From contig NIVC01000591.1 in assembly GCA_002269645.1 (NCBI GenBank), positions 434,001 to 498,000 on the forward strand: a DNA stretch of 64,000 nt, given 5' to 3'. Below, piece after piece: positions 22,263 through 36,400 of the stretch. Positions within the stretch are counted from its first letter, which is position 1, and each line of letters opens with the position of its first letter. The notes below the pieces were generated by a model that had not been told where the DNA came from, made no database searches, and saw nothing but the letters and a program-made list of their open reading frames with translations. Both the position numbers and the translations under genes were made by a program. The DNA comes from Macrostomum lignano. Lineage: Eukaryota.

Positions 22263-25200
22263 TTAGTTCTCGTCCTTGCACTCTGCAATGGCACTGACGC
22301 CTCCGCCTGACCGCTTCTTTTGTGGCATTTCCTCGCCGAATGCCTCCAGCTCCTGCGGGATGCTCAGCATGCCATCAGCCAGACTGTTGTCCCAGGTGTC
22401 TATGGTGAAATCCGACCCGGCGAACTCGTCTCCGCCCGGCTTGTTCTGCGTAGGCGGATTGCATATGTATTTTCGATACATATCGGTAAGCAAATATACA
22501 GATACCCACAAAAAATGGGCATCACACATAATCCGTTAGGGATGATAACACGGAATCGGTCAGGATCACACTGAATCGGTCAGGATCACACAGAATCGGT
22601 CAGGATCACACAGAATCGGTCAGGATCACACAGAATCGGTCAGGATCACACAGAATCGGTCAGGATCACACAGAATCGGTCAGGATCACACAGAATCGGT
22701 CAGGATCACACAGAATCGGTCAGGGATTACACAGAACCTATCAGAGGCACACAAGAAACAGGCCATACCTTCGCATCCTGCTGAGCGAACCGATCAAACA
22801 TGCCAGCAAACCGCCGCCTCTCCCGCTGCTCCACTTGCTTGGCCCCATCCAGAGCTCTCTGCAAGCCCGCCTTGGCAGCCGAATTACTCGAATTCACAGC
22901 TAAACAAGCTCGAAAATCTTCCGCAGCCAAATCAAAGTCGCAAGTCTCCAGCCGAGCCTGACCCCGCCTGTACAGAGCCTTCTCATTCTTTGAGTCCAGT
23001 TTCTCCAGCACTGCTGAGCACTGAGTGACCGCCTGCTGAAATCGGCGGGTTTTCAGACAGGCCAGTGCGAGGTTGAGCCGGCCGGCCAGCAACAGGCGAT
23101 GGCGCTGGGCCTGCAGATCCGCGTCGCCTTGGAAATCCGCGTCCCACTCCAGGTAGTCGACCACCTGGGGATGAGAGATGCGTGAGAGGGGCGGTGAGAG
23201 TGGGGACCAAATCATTGAGACGCACATAAACAATCGCCTTGAACCCACAGATAATCGCCCATGACCACCATAAATGATCATCCGTGACCTCGATAGAGAA
23301 ACGCCCCAGACCCAAACAAATTGCCCCATAGAGAATGGCCCCTGACACCCATAGAGAATCGCCCCTGATAGAGAATCGCCCTGACCCCCATAGATGATAG
23401 CCGAGAGTCGTCCCTGACCCAGTATAGAATCTTTCCATTCCTGACCCCCATAGAGAATGGCCCTGACCCCATAGAGAATGGCCCCTGACACCCATAGAGA
23501 ATCGCCCCTGATAGAGAATCGCCCTGACCCCATAGAGAATGGCCCCTGACACCCATAGAGAATCGCCTTGACCCCATAGAGAATGGCCCCTGACCCCATA
23601 GAGAATCGCTCCTGACAGAGAATCGCCCGGACCCCTACATAATCGCCACCGACACCCATAGTTAGAATCACCCCTGATCCCAAAGAAAATCGCCCCTAAC
23701 TCCCCAGAAACAAAAGGCAGGCAACAAACCCGTTTGCAGTGCACAAAGGCCAGCCGCAGGTTGCCGGCAGTCAAGCAGGCGACACTCCTGGCCTTGGCAG
23801 ACTCGGCCTCAGCAATTTTCTCCAGCCGATTCAGCTGCCAGACTTCTTTCGGTTTAACAAAATCCAGCAGTTCGATCTGATAAACCAGATTCGCATTCGG
23901 AGGCACAGACAGATCCGCACAGCCTTCGGCTCCAAAGCCGAGCTCACTGAAATCCAACAGCCAGATATTGGCCAGTTCGGACTTGTACATTTTGCACAGA
24001 GCAGCCTCAATGCCTGGGCAATATCCCTCAGCTGGGGGAAGCGTGTCCCCGAGTTCGAACTCCAGCTGCTTGGATGGCAGGAACTCTTTCAATTGATTAG
24101 CAGGCGATTGAAGAATTTGAAAGCCGCGCAACTTCACCGTGACTTGACTGCCCAGGGTGGGGTTCACGAATCCTGGCGATTGTGGGAATGTGGCATTGTT
24201 ATGTGAGCGATTCTTTACAGTTGTCATGAGCGATTCCGTATGAGGTCAGAGCGATTCTTTATGGGATGTCAGGGGCGATTCTCTATGGGATGTCAGGTGC
24301 GATTCTCTATGGGATGTCGGGGGAGATTCTCTATGGCGTGTCGGGGGCGATTCTCTATGGCGTGTCGGGGGCGATTCTCTATGGCGTGTCGGGGGCGATT
24401 CTCTATGGCGTGTCAGGGGCGATTCTCTATGGGATGTCAGGTGCGATTCTCTATGGGATGTCGGGGGAGATTCTCTATGGCGTGTCGGGGGCGATTCTCT
24501 ATGGCGTGTCGGGGGCGATTCTCTATGGCGTGTCGGGGGCGATTTTCTATGGCGTGTCAGGGGCGATTCTCTATGGAATGTCAGGGGCGATTCTCTATGG
24601 GATGTCGGGGGCGATTCTCTATGGCGTGTCGGGGGCGATTCTCTATGGCGTGTCGGGGGCGATTCTCTATGGGGGTCAGGGTGATTCTCTATGGGATGTC
24701 AGGGGCGATTCTCTATGGGGGTCAGGGTGATTCTCTATGGGATGTCGGGGGAGATTCTCTATGGCGTGTCGGGGGCGATTCTCTATGGCGTGTCAGGGGC
24801 GATTCTCTATGGCGTGTCGGGGGCGATTTTCTATGGGATGTCGGGGGAGATTCTCTATGGCGTGTCGGGGGCGATTCTCTATGGCGTGTCGGGGGCGATT
24901 CTCTATGGCGTGTCGGGGGCGATTCTCTATGGCGTGTCAGGGGCGATTCTCTATGGCGTGTCAGGGGCGATTCTCTATGGGATGTCAGGGGCGATTCTCT
25001 ATGGGATGTCGGGGGCGATTCTCTATGGGATGTCAGGGGCGATTCTCTATGGGATGTCGGGGGCGATTCTCTATGGCGTGTCGGGGGCGATTCTCTATGG
25101 GGGTCAGGGTGATTCTCTATGGTGTGTCGGGGGCGATTCTCTTTGGGGTGTCAGGGTGATTCTCTATGGGATGTCGGGGGAGATTCTCTATGGCGTGTCA

Positions 25201-27899
25201 GGGTGATTCTCTATGGGATGTCGGGGGAGATTCTCTATGGCGTGTCGGGGGCGATTCTCTATGGCGTGTCGGGGGCGATTCTCTATGGCGTGTCGGGGGC
25301 GAATTTCTATGGCGTGTCGGGGGCGATTCTCTATGGCGTGTCGGGGGCGATTCTCTATGGCGTGTCAGGGGCGATTCTCTATGGCGTGTCAGGGGCGATT
25401 CTCTATGGGATGTCAGGGGCGATTCTCTATGGGATGTCGGGGGCGATTCTCTATGGGATGTCAGGGGCGATTCTCTATGGGATGTCGGGGGCGATTCTCT
25501 ATGGCGTGTCGGGGCGATTCTCTATGGGGGTCAGGGTGATTCTCTATGGTGTGTCGGGGCGATTCTCTTTGGGGTGTCAGGGGCGATTCTCTATGGGGGT
25601 CAGGGGCGATTCTCTATAAATAAATCTCAGACTAATTTATTCTCAGGCCAGAAGAGAGTCGTCACGTTGGTGACTGATAATTGCAAGTTTTCTATAGCGC
25701 CTAAATAGAGGGTTACATTTTTAGAGAATAGAGGACACACACACTACTACTAATAATACTAACCTTCCCCATGCCTGGCCACGCTTCGCAGCAGGCTGCC
25801 ATTCTTATTCGCCGATATGTCGTCTCCCCGCCAGTCGATCAGCTCCACATCCATGACAACATCGGCATTCGGTCCAGCGCAGCGGCCGGAAGCAGCAGTT
25901 GCAGTGGCGGCAGAAGCAGAAGACTTGCAGGAGCCGTTGCAGCAGCCAGAATGATCATCCGTTTCATCGCCGAATGCGTAGTCGCTTCTGGCGTACAGGC
26001 GGCACAGCTGGCCTGGCTGCATTGTGGGCAGGCAGAGCTCCAGGGCTTTGAGGGATTCGCCTGCGAATGCCAAAAATGAACCTTTCATACTACTCACTGC
26101 AAATCGATTGTTAAGTAAGTAGCAAGTTTGGCATTTGTGATTATAAATAAAAGATTCATAAATGACTCGAAATTCAATTTAATATGAAAATTCTTGTGTG
26201 GATTCTAGTGAAATTCTTATGAAGTTCTCATGGGATTCTTTAAGGTATCTAATGGAAGAAGTTAATTTTTATGAGGGAATTAATGGGGATTCTTATAGGG
26301 ATAATGGGAAAACTTATGGGAATTCTTTTTGGAAATCTAATGGGGAACCTATTGGGGAATGTAATGAGGAACCTATTGGGGAATGTAATGGGGAATGTAA
26401 TGGGAATGTAATGGGGAATGTAATGGGGAATCTATTGGGGAATGTAATGGGGAATGTAATGGGGAATGTAATGGGGAATCTATTGGGGAATGTAATGGGG
26501 AATCTATTGGGGAATGTAATGGAAACCTATTGGGGAATGTAATGGAAACCTATTGGGGAATGTAATGGAAACCTATTGGGGAATGTAATGGAAACCTATT
26601 GGGGAATGTAATGGAAACCTATTGGGGAATGTAATGAGGAACCTATTGGGGATTCTTTTGGGAAATCTAATGGGGGAATCTATTGGGGAATGTAATGGAG
26701 AATCTATTGGGGAATGTAATGGAAACCTATTGGGGAATGTAATGGAAACCTATTGGGGAATGTAATGGAAACCTATTGGGGAATGTAATGGAAACCTATT
26801 GGGGAATGTAATGGAAACCTATTGGGGAATGTAATGGAAACCTATTGGGGAATGTAATGGAAACCTATTGGGGAATGTAATGGAAACCTATTGGGGAATG
26901 TAATGGAAACCTATTGGGGAATGTAATGAGGAACCTATTGGGGATTCTTTTAGGAAATCTAATGGGGGAATCTATTGGGGAATGTAATGGGGAATCTATT
27001 GGGGAATGTAATGGGGAATCTATTGGGGAATGTAATGGGGAATCTATTGGGGAATGTAATGGGGAATCTATTGGGGAAACTAATGGAGAATTTATTGGGG
27101 AATCTAATGGGGAATATATCGGGGAATCTATTGAAGAATCTAATGGGGATTCTCAGGGAGATTCTTATGAAGATTCTCAGCGAGATTCTTATGGGGATTC
27201 TCGGGGAGATTCTTATGGGGATTCCTATGGTGACTCTTATGTGGATTCTAATGGGGAATTTATGGAGAATCTTACGGGGAACCTAATAGTGATTTCTATG
27301 GGGACTCTTGGAGACTCTTAAATATGAGGATTCTTATAGGAAATTTTAAGAAATCTTATGGGGAATATTATGGGGGTATCTATGAGTAATTTTATGGAGA
27401 TCTTATAGAAATATGCTGGCGATTTTTTTTAGGTTTTTCATGGCAATTTTCATAAGAATTCCTATGACAGCCTATCGAAGACTTATTAGTAAAAACACAA
27501 TAATAACGATAAGTTTAATCCAGACCAACCATTATCCAATTTAAAAGTGACGCCCTCCCCAGCGCCACCCTGGCTGTCTCCGCGGGTTGTGCCATAGACC
27601 TGGCCATCCCGAGGCCCGCCAAAAAAGCGGCCAGTCCAGTGCACCGTCACCCAGTCTCCTGGATTCGGCCTCAACAAGCTGGCATCGGCGGCTGGCAATT
27701 GTTCTGTATTACTAACAGTAGTAGCACCGCCAGTAGTAGAAGACTCTTCTCTGTTTAAAATCAATTTGAAGACGCCACCATCCTCAGTCAGAGGTACAGC
27801 TTCTGGAGGCACGTTATTCAATGCTGGCAGAGGCTGCGGCTGCTGTGCGACCCCAGCAGTCGTGCTCTGCTCTTTGCTGTTATCAGCTGAAGAGGTCAT
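22263..27899 (-). CDS. FKBP4: FKBP4/FKBP5-like immunophilin (2 FKBP domains + TPR), ~562 aa, 5 exons
   Basis: Exons 27899-27530, 26060-25764, 24172-23730, 23164-22769, 22445-22263 (1689 nt, phases consistent). Motifs: EDGGVFKLIL, GDWVTVHWTG, VPPNANLVYQIELLDF, LNLALACLK, NEKALYRRGQA. FKBP4 vs FKBP5 cannot be resolved. Confidence 0.88.
22553..22724. repeat. 20-bp minisatellite (GAATCGGTCAGGATCACACA), ~8.5 units, intronic
   Basis: Near-perfect tandem units. Confidence 0.92.
23310..23700. repeat. ~20-bp minisatellite (CCCCATAGAGAATCGCCCCTGA), inverted relative to 24235-25615
   Basis: Direct reading. Confidence 0.85.
24235..25615. repeat. 20-bp minisatellite (GGCGATTCTCTATGGCGTGTCGG-type), ~1.4 kb, intronic
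   Basis: Direct reading; source of the GAILYG/GRFSM ORFs. Confidence 0.92.
26340..27330. repeat. ~23-bp minisatellite (GGGGAATGTAATGGAAACCTATT), degenerate flanks, intronic
   Basis: Direct reading. Confidence 0.88.
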
Positions 27900-28189
27900 T
27901 GCGTGCTGGGGCATGCAAGGGATTGAAAAAAACAAATTTACTGATAATGCAGCATCTTTTCAAAATCAGTCATAAAACGGCCTTTTGGGGGCACTTGCTA
28001 GTCTTATAATTTTATTTTTTAATTTTCGGGATTTTAATAATAAAAATAGCAGCAGCAGCAGCAGTAGTAGTAGTAGCAGCAATAGTACTAGTAGTTATGG
28101 GGATTTTTATGGGGATTCTTAATCGCAGATCTTATGGGGATTTTTATCGGATTCTTATTGGAGATTTTATCGGGAATCTATGGGGAATA

Positions 28190-28309
28190 TGAAGTAGTAG
28201 TAGTCGTAGTAGTATTAGTAGTAGTGGTAGTAGTAGTAGTAGTCGTAGTAGCAGTAGTAGTAGTAGTAGTAGTAGTAGCAGTAGTAGTAGTAGTAGTAGT
28301 AGTAGTAGC

Positions 28310-28341
<32 letters not shown>

Positions 28342-28926
28342 TAGTAGTCGTAGTAGTATTAGTAGTAGTGGTAGTAGTAGTAGTAGTAGTGGTAGTAGTA
28401 GTAGTAGTAGTGGTAGTAGTAGTAGTAGTATAGTAGTAGTGGTAGTAGTAGTGGTAGTAGTAGTAGTAGTAGTGGTAGTAGTAGTAGTAGTATAGTAGTA
28501 GTGGTAGTAGTAGTAGTAGTATTAGTAGTAGTGGTAGTAGTAGTAGTCGTCGTAGTAGTAGTAGTATTAGTAGTAGTGGTAGTAGTAGTAGTAGTAGTGG
28601 TAGTAGTAGTATTAGTATAGCAGTATTGGTAGTAGTAGTAGCAGTAGTAGTAGTAGTAGTAGTAGTCGTAGTAGTATTAGTAGTAGTGGTAGTAGTAGTA
28701 GTAGTAGTGGTAGTAGTAGTCGTAGTAGTATTAGTAGTAGTGGTAGTAGTAGTAGTAGTAGTGGTAGTAGTAGTAGTAGTAGTGGTAGTAGTAGTAGTAG
28801 TATAGTAGTAGTGGTAGTAGTAGTAGTAGTATAGTAGTAGTGGTAGTAGTAGTAGTAGTATAGTAGTAGTGGTAGTAGTAGTAGTATAGTAGTAGTGGTA
28901 GTAGTAGTATTAGTATAGTAGTAGTG

Positions 28927-29018
<92 letters not shown>

Positions 29019-29075
29019 CGTAGTAGTAGTAGTAGTAGGCGTAGTAGCAGTAGTAGCAGTAGTAGTAGTAGTAGC
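28190..29075. repeat. (GTA)n microsatellite, ~890 bp, with recurring interruptions
   Basis: Direct reading; lies between EBP2 and FKBP. Confidence 0.95.
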
Positions 29076-29468
29076 TTTTTAAAAAAAATGTATAAAACGG
29101 CCCTATTTGCTTACAATTCAACTCTCAGTAGTATAGATCAAGAACTTACACTATAATATAGACGATTGGAAGATTATTTAGAGTTAAGCAGAATTGATTG
29201 CGGTTAGTACGCAGTTAAATGTAAAGTGCTTGCGCTTACCAAGGAACACTATGTAGAAATCTTATCTAACGTGGGCAGTAATTCATCATGAAGTTACAAA
29301 ATCAAAGGAAAAAAACGAACACCTTTTCTCCGACAAAATCGGTCCGCCACACAAAAATGCCAGCATATGTTGAGCATTGAAATGCCAGCGCGAACAGAAC
29401 TATATTTAATGAATTATTTTCGCAAACAATATACTTTATACACGTAGGCCATAGTTGTCAGTCTGAAG

Positions 29469-31722
29469 TTAACGCTTCCTGCCTTGGCTCTTGTTCTTGT
29501 TCTTTCCAAAACCTCCGCCGCCTCCCTTGGACCTCTTCTGATTCTGCACTTTAAACTTCGCTGCCTTTTTCGCGGTGGCCCCGTGCTTGGCCGTGTTGAA
29601 CCCGCTGAAGCTCCTGGCGCTGTCTTTCGTATTGTACTTTGACCGCTTCTTCTGCCCGCCAAAGCCGAATTTCTGGTTCTTGTAGTCGCGTTTTTTGTTC
29701 GACCTGCGAGCATTGCCGCCTTTCTGCTGCTGCTGCTTGTGCATGATTGGCGTGTCTTCAAGGCCTTCTGGCTTGCCAACCCGCCTCTTGCCGCTCAGCA
29801 TGCCTGAGTAGTTGGTAAGCAATGGGTTCAGATTTTTAGAAACCTAAATTATTCTTTGTAATTGCGCGTAATCAGAGGTGCACATTTTTGGATTAAATAT
29901 TAGGATCCCAGATCTCAGAGTGTCTCAAAATTGACACTAAACTATAATCCCATACCAAACCCACCCCCTTCACTAGACCCAATTCCAACCCACCAGATCT
30001 CATCCCCACACCAGATCCCATTCTCACAACAGATCCCATTTCCACACCAGATCCCATTCCTACACAAGATCCCATCCCCCACAAGATCCCATTCCCACAC
30101 TAGATCCCATTCCCACACCAGATCCCATCACCACAACAGATCCCATTTCCACACCAGATCCCATTCCCACACCAGATCCCATTTCCACACAAGATCCCAT
30201 CCCCCACAAGATCCCATTCCCACACCAGATCCCATTCCCACACCAGATCCCATTCCCACACCAGATCCCATCACCACACCAGATCCCATTCCCACACCAG
30301 ATCCCATTCCCACACCAGATCCCATCCCCCACAAGATCCCATCCCCCACAAGATCCCATTCCCACACCAGATCCCATTCCCACACCAGATCCCATTCCCA
30401 CACCAGATCCCATTCCCACACCCGATCTATCCCCTCACCAGATCCCATTCCCACACCAGATCCTATCACCACACCAGATCCCATTTCCACACCAGATCCC
30501 ATCGCCACAATAGATCCCACCCCAACAGATCCCACCCAATGGCTAATCCCAATCCCCAAACAATACAGATCCCCAAAAATCCCAATCCACACCTTCTAAA
30601 TCCTCGGCGCCAACGCCCTTCTTCTTAATCTTCTTAATCGCCTCGGTGAACTGCTTCTTCTCGGCCTGCTTTTTGAGCTGCGCCTCAACCTGAGCCTGTT
30701 TAGCAAACTTGCGCTGCTGCCGCAACTCCTTGGCCTTCTCCCTAGCCTGCAGATCCTGCTGCTTAGCAACCAGATTCGATCGCACCCGTGCCATGTGATC
30801 GTCAGATTTCACCATCTCGGCCAGGTAGTCGTCCGGCCTTTTAGTTGGGACACCTTCGGCTTTCAGCCGGCTGAGGCCGTCAGCGGCGGCCGACTGGGCC
30901 AGCCGATAGAACAGCAGCTCGCGCTTGAAGTCATCTCGGGCGTCAACCTGAGATGGGTGGAAGATGGCCGGTGATAACTAAAATGCGCAACTTTCGCATA
31001 GATACTATCTGATACATATACACATAGACTAATCCCACACCTTCCAAGACTAATCCCACACCCTCCATAGACTAATCCCATACCTCTCTATAGACGAATC
31101 CCATACCTCTCTATAGACTAATCCCACACCCTCCATAGACTAATCTCACACCCTCTATAGACTAATCCCACACCCTCCATAGATTAATCCCACACCCTCT
31201 ATAGACTAATCCCACACCCTCAATAGACTAATCCCATACCTCCCTAGACCAATGCACACACCTACCTAGACTAATCCCACCTCCCTAGACTAATCCCACC
31301 TACCTAGACTAATCCCACCTACCTAGACTAATCCCACCTCCCTAGACTAATCCCACCTACCTAGACTAATCCCACCTCCCTAGCCTAATCCCACCTCCCT
31401 AGACTAATCCCACACCTCCCTTAGACCTCGCTAACCCTACCACACGCAAACAAGCAAGCCAAAAGCCGCTCACAGTCTTAGGATCGAAATCCAGCTCGCT
31501 GCCCGGCACAGCCGCAGGCGCCGGCTCGCACAGCACGTCCAGCCGCTCGATCCAAGGCAGAGAGTCGGCCTGGCTGAACTCGGCCAGTCTGGCAGTCAGG
31601 CCGGCCGTGTCGCACACGTGCGAGCGCTCGTTCTGAACGAACAGCCCGGGCCCGGCCAGGGCGACGGCTTCGCGCAGGTCCTCGTCTGAATCGCTGGCAC
31701 CGCTGGCATCGCTGAGGTCCAT
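29469..31722 (-). CDS. EBNA1BP2: rRNA-processing protein EBP2, ~312 aa, 3 exons
   Basis: Exons 31722-31474, 30947-30593, 29803-29469 (939 nt). Motifs: LPWIERLDV, DDFKRELLFY, VPTKRPDDYLAEMVKSDDHM, KRDYKNQKFGFGGQKKRSKYNT. Confidence 0.93.
29990..30530. repeat. 18-bp minisatellite (CCAGATCCCATTCCCACA), intronic
   Basis: Direct reading. Confidence 0.88.
31020..31420. repeat. ~20-24-bp minisatellite (CTAGACTAATCCCACCT-type), intronic
   Basis: Direct reading. Confidence 0.85.
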
Positions 31723-31769
31723 TGTTATTGCTGCAGAGTCGCGATGGTTAAGGAATGGGCGGGCACATT

Positions 31770-32480
31770 AGGGCGATTTTTCTAGTTGACTTTGGAGCGA
31801 TTTTTCTATGGGCTGAAATTAAGGCAATTTTTCTAGGGCCGAGATGGGGCGATTTTTCCAAGGGCTGAGATTGGTGCGATTTCTCTATGGGCTGAGATTG
31901 GGGCGAATTTTCTATGGGCTGAGATTGGGGCGATTTCTCTATGGGCTGAGATTGGGGCGATTTTTCATAGGGCTGAGATTGGGGCGATTTTTCATAGGGC
32001 TGAGATTGGGCCGATTTTTCCTAGGGCTGACATTGGGGCGATTTTTCCAAGGGCTGAGATTGGTGCGATTTCTCTATGGGTTGAAATTGCGGCGATTTTT
32101 CTAGGGTTGAGATTGGGGCGATTTTTCTATGGGCTGAGATTGGGGCGATTTTTCATAGGGCTGAGATTGGGGCGATTTTTCTATGGGCTGAGATTGCGGC
32201 GATTTTTCTAGGGTTGAGATTGGGGCGATTTTTCTATGGGCTGAGATTGCGGCGATTTTTCTAGGGTTGAGATTGGGGCGATTTTTCTATGGGCTGAGAT
32301 TGGGGCGATTTTTCTATGGGCTGAGATTGGGGCGATTTTTCTATGGGCTGAGATTGCGGCGATTTTTCTAGGGTTGAGATTGGGGCGATTTGTCTATGGG
32401 CTGAGATTGGGGCGATTTTTCTATGGGCTGAGATTGGGGCGATTTTTCTATGGGCTGAGATTGGGGCGATTTTTCTAAGG
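31770..32480. repeat. 27-bp minisatellite (GGGCGATTTTTCTATGGGCTGAGATTG) directly upstream of EBP2
   Basis: Direct reading. Confidence 0.9.
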
Positions 32481-33466
32481 CTAAACAATAAACAATTGGT
32501 AATATATTCAATAGTAAAATCGCGCAAAAATTTCTCATATTTTCAAACAGATTTATTAATTTACGCCAAATAGTGCAGGAAAAAATAAATATAGTATTCA
32601 AAATCAAATTAATAAATGGTGCAGTGAAGAAACAAAACTGAACTGAAAATCGCACACCACAATACAAAGTGTTTTCCGTCTAAATCTACCATGGTAGTCA
32701 CGCTAAGAAACTTCATACAAATTTTTATCTAATTAAATTTGTCAAATGAACACCAATTACAAAAATAAAGTTTTGGTATTTGCCTCTCCGCTCCCTCATC
32801 AATTCTTAACACCCCTGCCTGATATATACTGTATTCATTAATTAACAATACAATTACACACAATAGAAATACACGCAATTAAACAATATTGAGAAAAGAC
32901 TATTAAGACTAAAAATCACAGATAATTTCTAACACAGCAATAAACCAGTTGTTGTTGTCTTGAATTGTATGCGAGTAAACACAAAATAAAAAGCAGATAC
33001 ACAAGGAAAGTTAAAGCTATAAAGAACAATTGATATCATGACAAAAATATTTACTACATGTTTACGGTGTACACTGAACTATATTATAACAAAACTTAGA
33101 AGTCAATTACAGCGCAAACAAAACAATTTCATAAGCAAAAATTAGCTCAGCATAATCATCATACTACTTACGAAACAACACATTTCTATGAGAGTATTAG
33201 ATTGTGTTGGTAGCAAAGTTCTAGTAGCAAAACCGTAAGGACCAACCTCTAAAGCACACAGTATGCATGTACTAACCGCGACCAAGTTTGCTTAACTTAC
33301 GTAACCTATCTTTGCTTTAATTTAATAGAATTGCTAGATAGCTACTCACACTATTACTACTACTACTCAACAGCAACAATTAATCGAGTAGTATGTATAT
33401 ATATCAAACTAAATATGAATTCAATCAAACAGTTCAATACTAATAACAGTAGTTAATTGGGGCATG

Positions 33467-36400
33467 TCAGTATTGAATCCGATTCTGCAGGTACTGGATG
33501 GCATCGTACCCGGCCGTGCGCCAGTGCTCGCGGCAGCTGCGCACAATTCTTAGAAAATACTGCGCCGCCATTCGCTCGCCGTCGTGAGGAAAGAATCTCT
33601 CCCGGAGCTGCTTGATGGTCTGCCCGCGAAAGCAGTCCAGTCCAGTGTCTAGCATCAGGGACACCAGGGCTACCAGGGACTCCCGGTGCGGTCTGACTGC
33701 CAGGAATGCCTGGTTTGAACAAGATTGAATAGTGAGGCTTTAGCAGGCTTGGCCCTAAGCTGTCTGACCCCCCTAATTAAAGCTCCATGACCCTCTAATT
33801 AAAGCTCCATGACTGACTAATTAAAGCTCCATGACCCTATAATTAAAGCTCAATGACCCCCCTAATTAAAGCTTAATGACCCCCCTAATTAAAGCTCCAT
33901 GACTGACTAATTAAAGCTCCATGACCCTCTAATTAAAGCTCCATGACTGACTAATTAAAGCTCCATGACCCTCTAATTAAAGCTCCATGACTGACTAATT
34001 AAAGCTCCATGACCCTATAATTAAAGCTCAATGACCCCCCTAATTAAAGCTTAATGACCCCCTAATTAAAGCTCCATGACTGACTAATTAAAGCTCCATG
34101 ACCCTCTAATTAAAGCTCCATGACTGACTAATTAAAGCTCCATGACCCTATAATTAAAGCTCAATGACCCCCCTAATTAAAGCTCCATGACCCTCTAATT
34201 AAAGCTCCATGACTGACTAATTAAAGCTCCATGACCCTCTAATTAAAGCTCCATGACTGACTAATTAAAGCTCCATGACCCTCTAATTAAAGCTCCATGA
34301 CTGACTAATTAAAGCTCCATGACCCTATAATTAAAGCTCAATGACCCCCCTAATTAAAGCTTAATGACCCCCCTAATTAAAGCTCCATGACTGACTAATT
34401 AAAGCTCCATGACCCTCTAATTAAAGCTCCATGACTGACTAATTAAAGCTCCATGACCCTATAATTAAAGCTCAATGACCCCCCTAATTAAAGCTCCATG
34501 ACCCTATAATTAAAGCTCCATGATTTACTAATAAAAACTCCATGAACTATAAATAAATATTTATGACACATAGCCAAACTAAAGTTTTATTGCCATGAGG
34601 CCCCTAAACATCTATGACCTGGGGTTCCATAAGCCCCTAAATATCTATGACCTAAAATTCCATGAGCCCCTTGAACATCTTTGACCTGAAGTTTCATGAG
34701 CACCTGAACATCTATGACCTGAAGTTTCATGAGCACCTGAACATCTATGACCTGAAGTTGCATGAGCCCCTGAACATCTATGACCTAAATTTCCATAAAC
34801 TCACCAATCAAATAGGATTCTTAGCTAGTGAAAGCAGTAGCCCGTACTATAAAATCTTTATTCTTCATCCATATGAATTTACCTGAACGCAAAGCTCTTC
34901 AAACCACTTGTAGCTCTCGCTATCAGTGCCGTTGCCCATGACCATAACCATCTCGTTAGAGATTTTCATCTCCGGCTCGAATCCCATGTTACCGCCTGGT
35001 GAGGTTTCAAACAGGAATCCGAAATCGATATGAATCAGATGGCCCTCATCGTCAAGCATGATGTTAGCATTGTGCCTGTCTTTAATATTAAGAATGTAGC
35101 ACACTACTGAGTACGCGGCCATGCTAGTGATGAAGTTGCGTCTGGCCGCCTGGAATCTGGGCGTGCTCTCCTCGCCGTAGGTGCTGATGAAGTAGTCGTG
35201 CAGAGAGGACTCCGTGTTGCGGCCGATCTGATCTCGGGATTTCGAGTTCGGGACGCACCTGGGAAATAGAGTTCGGGGTCCGCGGGGTTGAATATGCTAT
35301 TGTTCTACAATAGAACTCATAGGATGTGCCATTATTCAAGACTGGGCCCGTAGACCAACTTCGATAGATCATTCATTTAAACATAGGGTCATAGCCACGA
35401 TCGGTCATAACTGTAGGGCCGTAGTAATGATAGACAACTATTTAAAGCTGTCATTATGATTGGTCATTGTCTAGGGTTATGATTAGGATTGGTCATTGTC
35501 TAGGGTCATGATTAGGATTGGTCATTGTCTAGGGTCATGATTAGGATTGGTCATTGTCTGGGGCCATGATTAAGATTGGTCATTGTCTAGGGTCATGATT
35601 AGGATTGGTCATTATCTAGGGTCATGATTAGGATTGGTCATTGTCTAGGTCATTACTAGGATCGGTCATTATCTAGGGTCATGAATCTGATCGGTCATTA
35701 TCTAGGGTCATGAATCTGATCGGTCATTATCTAGGGTCATAAAACTGATCGGTCATTGTCTAGGGTCATGATTAGGATTGGTCATTGTCTGGGGCCATGA
35801 TTAAGATTGGTCATTGTCTAGGGTCCTGATTAGGATTGGTCATTATCTAGGGTCATGATTAGGATTGGTCATTGTCTAGGGTCATTACTAGGATTGGTCA
35901 TTATCTAGGGTCATGAATCTGATCGGTCCTTATCTAAGGGTCATGAATCTGATCGGTCATTATCTAGGGTCATGAATCTATGCAACCGCTAACAAGCCAA
36001 CCATGTCACAGGCACTATCTGCAACCCAGTAAGTCATATCATCCATTGCCCAAGCAGAGGGGAACTCACTCGATAACTCCGCATCCAGGATTAGTAGCCA
36101 CCACCTTATACGGATACAAGAACAGATCCAACCCAATCTGGCGGTAGATATTCTGAAACAATCCGATAACTTGCAACGCCAGGATGTCTTGTCGAACATC
36201 GTCGCCAACTTTGAAGATGCAGGCCATCATTGGATCTGGCTGAGCAGTCGACTCTCTCGCCTGCAGATCGGACTCCGAAGTCAGGGCCAATCGCTCGACA
36301 TTTCGAATGCCGATTCTTCGAACTCGAAATCTGGCCAGAAACGGAGCTTTAGCGGCGCTCTGCATCGGAATGCCGGATGAGTAGTCGATCTCCGTCACTA

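Noticed and set aside
24240-25708. GAILYG/GRFSM ORFs on the plus strand
   Set aside because: 20-bp repeat within an FKBP intron
28134-29121. Poly-Val / poly-Tyr ORFs
   Set aside because: (GTA)n microsatellite translations
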